IMG/VR virus record: IMGVR_UViG_3300037258_000653
Span: 1,353 to 65,352 of that record
Reading direction: 5' to 3' (one strand)
From: a virus
Taxonomy: Duplodnaviria > Caudoviricetes
DNA length: 64,000 nt
Part shown: positions 27,483-37,684 of the stretch, in pieces
Layout: each line of letters begins with the position of its first letter
Numbering within the stretch: position 1 is the stretch's first letter
Position numbers and translations under genes: made by a program
The notes under the pieces: generated by a model
Seen by the model: the letters and a program-made list of their open reading frames with translations, nothing else
Told to the model about the DNA's origin: nothing
Databases searched by the model: none

Positions 27483-28687
27483 GCGGGCTGCCCGAGGACG
27501 ACGACGGGGCTGACCTGCTGCCCGGAGCTGGTGGTGGTCTGCGACCGGATCCAGTACCGGCCGTCCAGCCGGGCCTTGGTCCGGAAGCTGGTGGTCGCCG
27601 ACCCGAACCCGGCGCCGCGCGGGGAGGTCTCGACGAGCATTTCCATCCGGTCGGCGATGACGTAGTTCCGCAGGTCGGCGAGGATCATGTCGCCGGTGGT
27701 GCCGACGGCGGGCTGGTGGTCGGTGATCGCTGCGGGAATGCCCAGCAAGGACGGGCTGGTGTGGGTGCCGTCGCCGAGCTGCAGCCAGTCCGACAGCGTG
27801 ACCGCCGCCGACGCCGGCGCCGTCCCGACGGTCAGGTACATCTCCAGGATCTGGTCCAGGACGGCCGAGGAGATCAGCCAGCCCACGCCGGGAACCCCGG
27901 CGGTGAGGCCGGCCTGCTTGGCGGCCGGGTGCAGGCCCTTGAGCATGCCGACGACGTCGGCCAGCACGACCTCGTCCGAGGTCTGCCGCTGCACGGTCAG
28001 AGCGCAGCCGGCGGCCGCCAGTGCCTCGGGCTCCCCGGCGCCCGTGCCGGAGCAGATGAACGCGTCGTCCTCGGTCCAGGCCAGGCCCCGGCCGATGACC
28101 CGCGCCAGCAGGTCCCCCAGGGCGCCCGCGGCGTCGTCTACGAGCTCGTTGGGCACCTCAGACAGCAGCGCGGCGAGCTTGCGGGCCTCCATGACCTCCC
28201 GCTGCACCTGCGGGCTGCTGGCCGCGATCGGGGCTCCGGTCTCGGTCCAGCCGAAGGTCAGGCCGCCGAGCGCCTGCCGCCCCGAGGCCTGCGAGGAGTT
28301 GTCGATGGAAGGCAGGCCGTAGCGCAGCGACGACGACGCCAGGACCATCGCCTGCGGCCGGACGATGGCCTCGGTCATGTAGGCCATGACCTCTGACCGC
28401 AGCGTCTCGGGCACCAGGAAGCCGCCCTGAGCGGGCACCGACTCGGAGAACCCGGCGTTGCGCGGCCGGGTCATCGCGTTCGCGATCTGCTGCCGGGCGG
28501 TGTCATCGCCGGGGTCGGTGACGGCGCGCATGTACGTCCCCCACGACCGGGCCCACGGCATGCCGTCCAGGACGGCGCCGGGGGCGTCGGCGCGGTTCAG
28601 CGCGGCCTTCCAGCTCCCGGGCCCGGGCAGTTCCCCGGAGACCGCGAGGCCGGCGAGCACGTCGCCGGCGTCCTGCGTGGTGGTCAT
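27479..28687 (-). CDS. Second HK97-fold capsid protein paralogue
   Basis: RPRNAG..GGFLVPETLRSE; EARKL..VPNEL; GTGAGEPE; DLRNYVIADR; RLDGR. Confidence 0.85.
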   Translation of the reverse strand: MTTTQDAGDVLAGLAVSGELPGPGSWKAALNRADAPGAVLDGMPWARSWGTYMRAVTDPGDDTARQQIANAMTRPRNAGFSESVPAQGGFLVPETLRSEVMAYMTEAIVRPQAMVLASSSLRYGLPSIDNSSQASGRQALGGLTFGWTETGAPIAASSPQVQREVMEARKLAALLSEVPNELVDDAAGALGDLLARVIGRGLAWTEDDAFICSGTGAGEPEALAAAGCALTVQRQTSDEVVLADVVGMLKGLHPAAKQAGLTAGVPGVGWLISSAVLDQILEMYLTVGTAPASAAVTLSDWLQLGDGTHTSPSLLGIPAAITDHQPAVGTTGDMILADLRNYVIADRMEMLVETSPRGAGFGSATTSFRTKARLDGRYWIRSQTTTSSGQQVSPVVVLGQPA

Positions 28688-29392
28688 CCGTCTCTCCCCA
28701 TGGCGATCCCGGGCGCGGGCGTGACCACGTCACGCGGCGCGCGCCACCCGCAGAACCCGCAGAAGGCGGTCACTGCCGCGCCGGCGTCGGTCGACGGCGC
28801 GCCCGTCAGCGGCTCGCCGTCCCGGGGGCAGGCCAGGCCGCCGGTGGCCATCACCTCGGACCTCCACCAGCCGAACTCGCGTTCCTTGTCCTCGAAGATC
28901 GCCGCCAGGCCGTACCAGGCGCCGGTCGCGGGCTTGGCGTCAGCGGCCACCGGCGCCCTTCCCGGTCCCCGGCGGCCCCGCCGCCTTCGGGGCCTTGGCG
29001 GCCGCCGGCGCCGCGGCGGCGCTGTCCCCGGCATCCGCCGTGCCGGGCTCTTCTGCCGGGGCGGCCTCGGGGTCCTCCGCGGCGGCGTCCGCCAGGCCGG
29101 CCGCGGCGGCCGCTGCAGCCTCGGCGGCGGCCGCGGTGTCCTGCGGGGCTCCGTCCGTGGTGTCCGCCGGTGACGGGCTCGCGCTCCCGTCACCGGCGGA
29201 GCCTGTCCCGGTCTCCGAGGCCGACACGGAGATGACCCGGTCGCCGATGGTCGCGATTCCGGTGCTGCTGATCTTCGGCATGTCCTGGCCTTCCTGGGGG
29301 GTCTCGGGAGCGGGGATGCTCGCCCGGCATTCCGGGCAGCACGGGGCGCCGGCCGTGTAGAGGCAGCCGCAGCTGCCGCACCGCCAGCGCAC
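28684..29392 (-). CDS. Two small hypothetical genes (28684-28950; 28940-29392, Zn-ribbon plus Ala/Pro-rich tail)
   Basis: CPRDG..CGFCG; CGSC..CPEC. Confidence 0.55.
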
Positions 29393-29394
29393 GG

Positions 29395-30263
29395 CTAGCA
29401 GCCGACCGCGGTCTGGGCGGCCAGCGTGGTGGTCGTGCCGGACCACTTCAGGTACCAGCCGGCGGGCAGCCGGAAGGTGATGACCTGCCCGGCGGTCACC
29501 GGGCCGCTGGGCGACACCGCGGCGTCGGACGCCGCCGAGGTGTGCCCGATCGTCACCGTGGTGGCGGTGCCCGCCGTGCCGACGGTCAGGTACACCTCGT
29601 AGTCCCGGCTGGTGTCGGCCAGCTGCCTCGCCGTGCCGTTGACCGCGCCGATGCTCGCGATCACCGGCGCCGACGCCGCGGTGCTCGACCCGGCGCCGAG
29701 CGGCGCGGTCACCGCGAACGGGCTGACGTACTGGCCGTCCTTGCGCAGGTACTCGCTGACCTGGTCGGCGGTCTCGCCCGCGCCGCCGGTCTGCCCGGCC
29801 GCCGCGCTGATCTTCAGGTCCGCTGTCATCGCCGTCCCCCTTACGAGCCCGACCCGGACAGGGGCCGGAGCATGTCCGGGGACCGCTGCACGAGCAGGTC
29901 GTGGGGGATCGCGGTGACCAGGCCGCCGGCGGCGACGGACACCTCGAGGTACTCGGCGCCTGACGGGAGCTCCGCGGCGTCGACGTACACCATCGCCGCG
30001 CCGGACGCGATGACGATCGTCGAGGCCGCCGCCTGGCTCTGCGCGACCCACTGGGCGCCGCCCCCGGTGGAGGTGTTCGTCCAGTAGCTCGTGATCACCG
30101 GCAGCGCCGTGGGGGAGCCGTTGTATGAGCCGGCGGACTTGAGGGTGAACGTGTCGTTGCCGGTGAGCACGAACGTGTAGCCCGCGCAGTCCTTGACGGA
30201 CAGCAGGGTGCCCGCCGCGATCGCGGCGGGGTTGAACAGCCGTCCCGCGCCTTCCATCCCCAT
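29395..30263 (-). CDS. Two probable capsid decoration proteins (29395-29829, 29841-30263)
   Basis: Beta-rich, Thr/Ala-rich ORFs immediately after the major capsid gene, with RBSs. Confidence 0.6.
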
Positions 30264-30336
30264 GTCGGGGCCTCCTTCGTTGCCGTGGCCGGGTGGCCGG
30301 CGGACTGCCGGCGGCCAGGTGGCCGCCGGCAGGCGG

Positions 30337-31836
30337 TCAGGCCGGGGTGTTGAGCAGGACGACGGGCGACAGGGTGCTCGCGGACCCGTTCGCCGGGGTG
30401 ATCGGCGACTGCTGCCAGATCCGGCCGTCCATGCGCTGGATGACCCGGTAGGCCACCAGGTCGGACGCGAACAGGTACTCCTCGCTGGTGGCGATCTGCA
30501 TCGACTGCCGGTCGCCCAGGAGGTAGTAGGAGAGGTCCACGAAGGACAGCGCGCCGGCCGTGGTGGTGTTGCCGCTCGCGGAGGACGGCATCTTCTCGGA
30601 GACGATCAGCGGGCGGCCCATGAGCATGTAGCTCTGGCCGTCGCCCTTGCTGCCGCCCGGCGCGCCCAGCGCCTGGAAGCCCTGCAGCCACAGCGGCGGC
30701 GCGACGTTGCTGGCCGCCATCTGCAGCAGGCTCGCGATCACGTCCGGCGAGCACAGCCACACCGCGCTGCCCAGGCTGGCCGGCCACATCCGGGAGTACA
30801 TGGCCGCGATGTCGGCGAACGCGACCACGTAGTCGGTGCCCGAGTTGATCTTCACGGCGGCCGGGCTGTTGAGGAAGCCCTGCGGCTCCGCAGTCCCGTT
30901 GCCGTTGATGAAGGCCATGTCCTCGAACCACGCCATGGCCCGCGGGAAGAAAGCGTTGAACCACCGGTCAAGCGGCGTGATCGCGTCCTGCAGCAGCTCG
31001 TTGGGGATCGTGGTGTAGGCCGTGAGCTTGCGGGCCTCCAGCTCGACCCTCCCCCACTTCGGCGCGGACGCCGCGAGGGTGCCGCCCTCAGCGGTCCAGT
31101 AAGCCGCGACGCCGCCGTACACGTTGCTCGCGTGGCTGGTGTCGTCGATGGCGGGCAGCGGCACCCGCAGGCTGTCCATCGGGATGACCGTCGACCGGGG
31201 CCGGACCACCGAGGTCTCCAGCGACAGCATGAGGATCTCCGAGCGGAGGATCTCGGGGACCAGGTAGCCGCCCTCGGACGGCAGCCGCTCGGCCATGCCC
31301 GCGTTCCGCGGCCTCGTCAGCGCGTTGAACAGGGCCTGCTTGTAGCCCTTGATCTCCTCCAGCCGCGCGGTGTCGCCCTGGTCCTTGGCGACGTGCTCCC
31401 CCTTCCACATCGTGTAGAGGAAGGAGCGCATCGACTCGGCGTACGGCGCGTCGTCGAGGACGGCGCCGTACGCCGCGTCGTCGAACGCGCCCTGCACCCG
31501 CACCTGGTGCTTGGCGTCGGCGACCCGGGACCTGGTGATCGCGCGGTCGCGGCGGACGTCGCGGGCGGTCAGCTGGGTGGTGCCCGGCTTGAAGCCGCGC
31601 GGGGAGTAGCCGCCGTCGGCCTGGGCCTGGAGGAACTGCTGCATGCCGAGCTGCATTTCCTCCCGCATCTGCTGGCCCAGCTCGGCCTTCTTGCTCTCCA
31701 TTGCCTTGACCATGTAGGCCTGGGTGAACTCGCCGAACTTGCCGGGCTCCGTCAGCAGGCCGGCCAGGCGGCCGTCGTCGTTGAGGAGCTCCTCCATCTG
31801 CTCGGCGGTCTCGGGGATCGCGGTCTGGCCCTTCAT
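30337..31836 (-). CDS. Major capsid protein (HK97 fold)
   Basis: EGGYLVPE, WTAEG, LEARKLTAYTTIPNELLQD, FINGNGTAEPQG, RMDGR. Confidence 0.95.
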   Translation of the reverse strand: MKGQTAIPETAEQMEELLNDDGRLAGLLTEPGKFGEFTQAYMVKAMESKKAELGQQMREEMQLGMQQFLQAQADGGYSPRGFKPGTTQLTARDVRRDRAITRSRVADAKHQVRVQGAFDDAAYGAVLDDAPYAESMRSFLYTMWKGEHVAKDQGDTARLEEIKGYKQALFNALTRPRNAGMAERLPSEGGYLVPEILRSEILMLSLETSVVRPRSTVIPMDSLRVPLPAIDDTSHASNVYGGVAAYWTAEGGTLAASAPKWGRVELEARKLTAYTTIPNELLQDAITPLDRWFNAFFPRAMAWFEDMAFINGNGTAEPQGFLNSPAAVKINSGTDYVVAFADIAAMYSRMWPASLGSAVWLCSPDVIASLLQMAASNVAPPLWLQGFQALGAPGGSKGDGQSYMLMGRPLIVSEKMPSSASGNTTTAGALSFVDLSYYLLGDRQSMQIATSEEYLFASDLVAYRVIQRMDGRIWQQSPITPANGSASTLSPVVLLNTPA

Positions 31837-33293
31837 GCGTGTGCTCCTCTCAGAGCCGTGCGGATGGACTCCAGGTCGGGCCTGGAGTGGTTCTCGCCGA
31901 CGCTGTCGCTGGTGTCCGGCTCGTAGTCGGGGTTGACGCGCTTCATGAGGCGCTGGAGCAGGGCCTTCGCCTCGCTGGCGTTGGTCAGGCCGTCGGTCTG
32001 CGGGAGTCGCGACAGGGCGTTCTCCACGCCGGCGGCGTTCGGCGGGCTGGACGGCGTGTACTTGTAGGGCAGCGCCCAGGCGTCCTGGGTGGCCTTGTCG
32101 CCGGCCTTCTTCCCGGCGCAGATCCCGCCGTAGAACGCGGCCGGGTCGTCGGACTCGGCCCCGTTGTGCCAGGCCTTGCTGGCGTCCCAGTCGCTGTCGT
32201 CCACGCCGCCGCCGGCCGCGGCGATCTCCTCGCGGATCAGCGCGCGGAGCTGCTCCGCGTCCAGGCCGTCGCCGGCGGGCAGGGGCTTGCCGGGCAGGCT
32301 CTTGAGCTGCTTGCCGTCCTTCGACCAGTAGTCGTGGTCGGTGTCGCCCTCGGGGCAGGCGTCGCAGTCGCCGTCGCCGTCGGGGTCGGTGCGCTCGTGG
32401 TCGCCGTGCATGTCCTTGCCGGCCGCCCGGGCGATCTCCTCGCGGGCGATGGCCCGGGCCGCGTCCGCGGTCAGGGCGTCGGCCGGGGCGTCCGGGGTGT
32501 CGGGGGTGGCCTCGTCGCCGTTGTCGCCGCCGTCGCCGTCGTCGGGGGCGTTCCCCGACCCGCCGCAGGAGGGGCAGGTGCGGCCTGCCTTGCCGGTACG
32601 CGGGTGCTTCAGCCGGCCGGTGCCGCCGCAGGTCTTGCAGTCCCCGCCCGAGGCGGCGGCGGGCAGCTCGCGGAGCGCGGCCGCGATCCGGCTGGGCAGC
32701 TGCCAGGCGGCGACGTCCATGCCGGCCGGCAGCTCGGCCCGGCCGGCGCCGACCGTGTCGGCCAGGCCCGCGTCGACGGCTTCCTGCGCCTTGTACCAGG
32801 TCTCGGCCTTCATGGCGGCCCGCCAGGTCGCGGAGTCGCCGGCGGCGGACCGCTCGGCGTAGATGTCGGCCAGGTTCGCGGACACCTCGTCGAGGGTCTG
32901 CGCGGTCTTGGCCATCTCGTCGGCGTTGCCCTGGCAGCAGCCGAACGCGTCGTGGATCATGATCATGGCGCCGGGCTGGATGACGCGTTCCTGCCCGGCC
33001 TGGAAGATGACGCTGGCGATGCTGGCGGCCAGGCCGTCGGCTATGGTGGTCACCGGGCCGGGGTGGTTGCGGATCACGCTGCCGATCGCGATGCCGTCGA
33101 AGACGTCGCCGCCGCCGGAGTTGATGTGGACCTCGATCGCGCCGCTCACGCCGGACATCTGGCCGGCGAAGTCAGCCGAGGAGATCCCGCCGAACCAGCC
33201 GCCGCCCCCGATGTCGTCGTACACGTCGACCCGGGTCACGCCGCCGCCGGCGTCGCCGCGGATCCGGCACTTCATCGGGTATGCGTGCTTCAC
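31833..33293 (-). CDS. ClpP-like prohead protease with extended C-terminus
   Basis: HINSGGGDVFDG, GLAASIAS, MIHDA, ETWY..EAVDAGLAD; CxxCxGxG x2 insert. Confidence 0.9.
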   Translation of the reverse strand: MKHAYPMKCRIRGDAGGGVTRVDVYDDIGGGGWFGGISSADFAGQMSGVSGAIEVHINSGGGDVFDGIAIGSVIRNHPGPVTTIADGLAASIASVIFQAGQERVIQPGAMIMIHDAFGCCQGNADEMAKTAQTLDEVSANLADIYAERSAAGDSATWRAAMKAETWYKAQEAVDAGLADTVGAGRAELPAGMDVAAWQLPSRIAAALRELPAAASGGDCKTCGGTGRLKHPRTGKAGRTCPSCGGSGNAPDDGDGGDNGDEATPDTPDAPADALTADAARAIAREEIARAAGKDMHGDHERTDPDGDGDCDACPEGDTDHDYWSKDGKQLKSLPGKPLPAGDGLDAEQLRALIREEIAAAGGGVDDSDWDASKAWHNGAESDDPAAFYGGICAGKKAGDKATQDAWALPYKYTPSSPPNAAGVENALSRLPQTDGLTNASEAKALLQRLMKRVNPDYEPDTSDSVGENHSRPDLESIRTALRGAHA

Positions 33294-33874
33294 CGTGCAC
33301 CTGCCAGTGCTAGGGCGCGGTCCCAGCCGGACGCCGGCCGGGGCGCGGCATCGGCGGGGGCGGCGCTGAACGGGTAGGTCGTGCGCTGCGCGGCGTGCTG
33401 CGCGGACACGCCGGCGAAGGTGACCGGGACCGGGCCGATCCGGCCGACGGGGTCGGGGTCGCCGGGGTCCTGGTAGCAGAGGGTCATGTGGGCGGTGAAC
33501 CCGTGGGCGGAGGCGATCTCGATGCCGGCGGCGGCCAGGGCCTCCTCGGCGTCGCGGCGCAGGACGTCCAGGGCCGGCGAGTCGACGATGGCGACGATCG
33601 CGTCGCCGCCGTCGCCGCCGGTGAACCGGGCGTGCCCGGACACGGTGGCCGCCAGCGGGGGCCGGGCGGCCAGCGACGCGGCGGCGCTGTTCACCGCGGC
33701 GGCGGAGATGCCGGCGGAGTCGCCGAGGTAGGCGATCGTGACGTGCATGTCGGCCGGGTCGAGGCCGCCGTCGACGGCGAGCTGCTCCGCGACTTCCGGC
33801 GGCGGGTACAGGGCGATCATGCAGGCGCCGGTGAAGTCCGGCTGGCTGCCCGCTTGCTGCTCCTGGCCGGTCAT
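33290..33874 (-). CDS. 2H phosphoesterase (2'-5' RNA ligase / Acb1-like)
   Basis: Two HxT motifs, MHVTIAYLG and FTAHMTLCY; overlaps both the portal and protease genes. Confidence 0.85.
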   Translation of the reverse strand: MTGQEQQAGSQPDFTGACMIALYPPPEVAEQLAVDGGLDPADMHVTIAYLGDSAGISAAAVNSAAASLAARPPLAATVSGHARFTGGDGGDAIVAIVDSPALDVLRRDAEEALAAAGIEIASAHGFTAHMTLCYQDPGDPDPVGRIGPVPVTFAGVSAQHAAQRTTYPFSAAPADAAPRPASGWDRALALAGAR

Positions 33875-35280
33875 GCCGCGGCCCCGAGCGCGTTCCACGC
33901 CGCCTGGTTGCGGCGGAGCATCTCGACTGCGTCCCAGGGCCGCAGCCGCAGCACCGCCTGCGCGGCCTGGCCGCCGTCGCCGGCGTCCTGCCCGGCCGGG
34001 GCCAGCTCGCCGGCGCCTGGCGAGGGCGGCATCCCGGCCGGCAGGCCGCCGGGCGGCGGCGAGCTGATCATCTTCATGTCCGGCAGGCCGACGATCTTCG
34101 CGGCGTCGTGCGGGTCGCATCCCGAGGTCACCAGCACGGCGAACGCCCCGGCCTTGGCGGTCAGCTCGAGGTTGTCCTGCTCCCGGTTGACCGGCGACGG
34201 GTAGGAGAAGTCGAACTCCACGCCGTCGCCGGTGGCGCCGAACTTCGGCAGGTACTGGTAGTTCAGGACGTCGCGCCAGCGGCGGAGCCGGGGCGCGACC
34301 TTCCACGCCGCGAAGATCTCCTCGCCGGTCTGGGCGTTCGCCCTGTTCACGTCATCGACGAGCCCGGTCATGATCTTGTGCATGCCGGCGGACTCGCGGA
34401 TCCGGTCACCGCCGGTGGACATCAGGTTCGCGAAGTCCATGTCCTTCGCGGAGGCTGACGTGGGCACCCAGGTGACGCCCTCGAGGACCGCGACCCGGTG
34501 GGCGCGGGAGACGCCGCGGTGCGCGTCGCGCCACCGGTCGGTCAGCTCATCCCATTCCTCGTCCGAGATGCGGTGATCGACGCTCAGCACTCCGTCGGGC
34601 CGCGCGGAGTTGTAGAAGAACTGCTTGTTGTACTGGGCGGCGTACCGGACGGCGTCGATCTCGTCCAGGACGGGCTGCACCCAGCCGGTCCCGTTGTAGG
34701 GATCCATCGGGTCGGGCAGCGGGTTGAAGATCACCTCGTCGGGCAGCAGCGGGATCCGCTCCCGCCCGTCGGGCGTGGAGTACACCCAGCCCCGCAGGTA
34801 GGTCTCCGGGTCGGGCACCGGCGTCATCCGGTCCGGGCGCACCGGCCAGATCCCGATCGGGAGATCGCTGCCCGGCAGCCGGGTCAGCACCCAGTGGCAC
34901 TTGCCGGTGAGCTCCTGGTACAGCTGGGAGATCTCGAACAGCCGGGACCGGGACCAGAACTTGTTCGGCCTCTTCAGCAGCGCCAGCGCGGCGTGCTGGA
35001 CGACCTCGGTGCGCTGGTCAGAACCCTGGCTGGACGTGGAGTAGCGGACCCGGCCGTCCTGCGGCTGCTGGCGGTACAGGCCCCACGCCGGGCCGGCTGT
35101 CGCCTCGGCGAGCAGCCCGGCGTTGGAGTGCGTCGTCCCGTTCGAGCCGAAAGCCCGCAGCAGCCGCTCGTCCGGGCTCGTTCCCGTCGGCATCGCCCGG
35201 GCCACGGCCTCGCCGATCGGCACCGGCGGCCTGTCCTGCGGGCCGGCCGCCGCGGCAATCGCCTTCCCGAGCAGGCTCAC
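33871..35280 (-). CDS. Portal protein (HK97-type)
   Basis: LLKRPNKFWS, IWPVRPDRM, FFYNSARPDGVL, SAKDMDF, VNRANA. Confidence 0.95.
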   Translation of the reverse strand: MSLLGKAIAAAAGPQDRPPVPIGEAVARAMPTGTSPDERLLRAFGSNGTTHSNAGLLAEATAGPAWGLYRQQPQDGRVRYSTSSQGSDQRTEVVQHAALALLKRPNKFWSRSRLFEISQLYQELTGKCHWVLTRLPGSDLPIGIWPVRPDRMTPVPDPETYLRGWVYSTPDGRERIPLLPDEVIFNPLPDPMDPYNGTGWVQPVLDEIDAVRYAAQYNKQFFYNSARPDGVLSVDHRISDEEWDELTDRWRDAHRGVSRAHRVAVLEGVTWVPTSASAKDMDFANLMSTGGDRIRESAGMHKIMTGLVDDVNRANAQTGEEIFAAWKVAPRLRRWRDVLNYQYLPKFGATGDGVEFDFSYPSPVNREQDNLELTAKAGAFAVLVTSGCDPHDAAKIVGLPDMKMISSPPPGGLPAGMPPSPGAGELAPAGQDAGDGGQAAQAVLRLRPWDAVEMLRRNQAAWNALGAAA

Positions 35281-35651
35281 TGGCCCGTCAGCTCCAGGTC
35301 CAGGGCCAGCAGCGACACGCCGGTCACGACCCAGCCCCACACCGGGCCGGCGTGAAACGCCCCGATATCGACCGAGGTCAGCGCGGCCACGGCGATCACG
35401 TGCTCACGGGCCTGCGCCACGAGTGCCTGAGCGCGGCCCCGGCCCGGACGCTCGCGGCCCCGGCTCCGCGCGAGCACGGAGCTGACCGCGCCGATGCCGG
35501 TCCCCAGCAGCGACCGGCGTCCTGACGGGGCTCCGGCCGCGGTCACCGGCGGCCTGCCAGGCGACGCGCGCGAGACCACCCGGCCAGGGGCCGGGCAGCC
35601 CGCCCCGGCAGCGAGCCGGGAACCGTGACGACCGCCACGCTCTGCCTCCAC
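35277..35651 (-). CDS. Small membrane protein upstream of the portal gene
   Basis: Two hydrophobic segments; GTGA overlap with the portal gene. Confidence 0.55.
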   Translation of the reverse strand: MEAERGGRHGSRLAAGAGCPAPGRVVSRASPGRPPVTAAGAPSGRRSLLGTGIGAVSSVLARSRGRERPGRGRAQALVAQAREHVIAVAALTSVDIGAFHAGPVWGWVVTGVSLLALDLELTGQ

Positions 35652-35784
35652 CGCAGGGCGCCCCGCGACCGCAGGACGCGCTGTGTGCGATCACTGTAAC
35701 TCACAGAAACCGTAAATCCTGCGGTGTAATGGCTCCAGAACGCTAAATCTTGTTGCCAAGAAGGCGGATTGGACGGCAGGACAC

Positions 35785-36132
35785 TTGCAGGACGTCGCGA
35801 AGATGCTCTGGCCGTCCATCGTCGAGACTCTCGCCGCGCTGCCGGACGATCCCGCGTACGCCGCGCTCCGGAAGCTCATCGAGCGCTACGCCAAGGTCAT
35901 CGACGGCCTCCCCGAGCACGGCGACGCCCGCACCCGCGACCAGGCCTGGGGCCTGCGGTGGATCGGCCCCGAGCTCCTGCGCGCCCTCGACGCCCTCGGC
36001 GCCACCCCCGAGGCGAAGGCCCGCATCGACAAGCTCGCCAGCGCAGGCAAGGGAGGAGGCGGGAAACCCGATGCCTCCGGCGGCAAGCTCCCTGGCCTCC
36101 GCAGCGCCCTCGCTTCGCGCAGCGCCCCGTAA
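35785..36132 (+). CDS. Terminase small subunit
   Basis: IERYAKVID..IGPELLRALDALGATPEAKA; overlaps the terL start. Confidence 0.8.
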   Translation: MQDVAKMLWPSIVETLAALPDDPAYAALRKLIERYAKVIDGLPEHGDARTRDQAWGLRWIGPELLRALDALGATPEAKARIDKLASAGKGGGGKPDASGGKLPGLRSALASRSAP

Positions 36133-37684
36133 CCTCCGCGGCAAGACCACCCCGCGGCTGTTCACCCCGCCGCTGCGGCAGCTGTCCCGCCGGACCAGCA
36201 ACGGCTACTACGTCGCCGACTTCGCCGAGGCCATCGGCACCCCGCTGCAGCCCTGGCAGCGGTGGGCCGCCATCCACGCCATGGAGCTGCTGCCCGGCGG
36301 CGAGTACCGGTTCAAGATCGTCCTGGTCATCGTCGCCCGCCAGAACGGCAAGTCGAACCTGAAGAGGGCCGTCACCCTCTGGCGGATGTACATGCAGCCC
36401 AGGTGCCGCGTCCTCGGCATCGCCCAGGACCTCTCCCTGGCCCGCGACCAGTGGCAGATGTGCCAGGACACCATCCAGGAAGACGCCGACCTGCTGGAGG
36501 AGTGGGGCGGCGTCCGGAACGTCAACGGCGACGAGAAATTCTGGCTCGCCAACAAGGCCCTCTACGCCATCAAGGCCCCCAACCGGAAGGCCGGCCGCGG
36601 CGGCTCCAACGACGAAGTCAACATCGACGAGCTCCGCGAGCATCAGACATGGAAACCATGGGCCGCCGTCTCCAAGACCACCATGGCCCGCCCGAACAGC
36701 CAGATCTGGTGCATGTCCAACGCCGGCGACGACACCTCGGTCGTGCTCAACCGGCTCCGCGACCGGGCGCTCACCGGCGACGACCCCACCATCGGCCTCT
36801 TCGAGTGGTCAGGCGCCTACGACGACGACGGTGACAGCTACTGCGCCATCGACGACTGGGCCCAGATAGCCCAGGCCAACCCCGTCCTCGGCTCGCTCAT
36901 CTCAGCCGCCGCCATCGGCTCCTCGATGAGCAACGACCCGCCCGACATCTACCGCACCGAGGTCCTGTGCCAGCGCGTCCGCCAGATCGACGGCGCCATC
37001 AGCATGATCGCCTGGGGCAGCTGCTCCGACCCCGGCGTCACCATGGACTCCCTCCGCACCCGCCTGTGCTGCGGCTTCGACGTCGCGCCCGACGACGGCC
37101 ACGCCACCCTCGCCGTCGCCGCCAGGACCGGCGACGGGAAGATCCGCGGCGAGATCGTCAAGTCCTGGCCCTCCGCCATGGCCGCCCGCGCCGAGCTCCC
37201 CGCCATCCTCGCCCGCATCAGGCCCTGCGTCGTCACCTGGTTCCCCGCCGGGCCCGCCGCCGCGCTCGCCCCCATCATGTGCAACCCCGGCGGCCGGCCC
37301 GTCAAGCTCGAGAAAGCCGGCCCTGGCCGCACCGCCTGGGTCGAGCTCACCGGCGCCGACGTCGCCAAGGCCTGCCAGGGCCTCGGCAACCTCATCAAGG
37401 GCCGCCAGATCCTCCACAACAACGACCCGCTCCTCAAGGACCACCTCGGCGCCGCCACCCGCCGCAAGGTCGGCGACGGCTGGGTCTTCGCCCGCCGCCC
37501 GAAGAACCCCGGCAACACCGCCCCCGCCCCCGACCCCGGCGAGGACCCCGCCGCCGCCGACCCGGCCGCCCAGCAGGCCGCCCGCGACGGCGCCGTCGAC
37601 GCCGCCTACGCCTTCGCCGGCGCCGTCCACGGCGCCCTCATCCTCCCCGAGCCGGCCCGCGCCCGGATCCGGCTCCTCGCCTAG
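36071..37684 (+). CDS. terL: Terminase large subunit
   Basis: LQPWQ Q-motif; VARQNGKS Walker A; VNIDELRE Walker B; MSNAGD; GFDVAPD nuclease; VDAAYA. Confidence 0.95.
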   Translation: MPPAASSLASAAPSLRAAPRNLRGKTTPRLFTPPLRQLSRRTSNGYYVADFAEAIGTPLQPWQRWAAIHAMELLPGGEYRFKIVLVIVARQNGKSNLKRAVTLWRMYMQPRCRVLGIAQDLSLARDQWQMCQDTIQEDADLLEEWGGVRNVNGDEKFWLANKALYAIKAPNRKAGRGGSNDEVNIDELREHQTWKPWAAVSKTTMARPNSQIWCMSNAGDDTSVVLNRLRDRALTGDDPTIGLFEWSGAYDDDGDSYCAIDDWAQIAQANPVLGSLISAAAIGSSMSNDPPDIYRTEVLCQRVRQIDGAISMIAWGSCSDPGVTMDSLRTRLCCGFDVAPDDGHATLAVAARTGDGKIRGEIVKSWPSAMAARAELPAILARIRPCVVTWFPAGPAAALAPIMCNPGGRPVKLEKAGPGRTAWVELTGADVAKACQGLGNLIKGRQILHNNDPLLKDHLGAATRRKVGDGWVFARRPKNPGNTAPAPDPGEDPAAADPAAQQAARDGAVDAAYAFAGAVHGALILPEPARARIRLLA

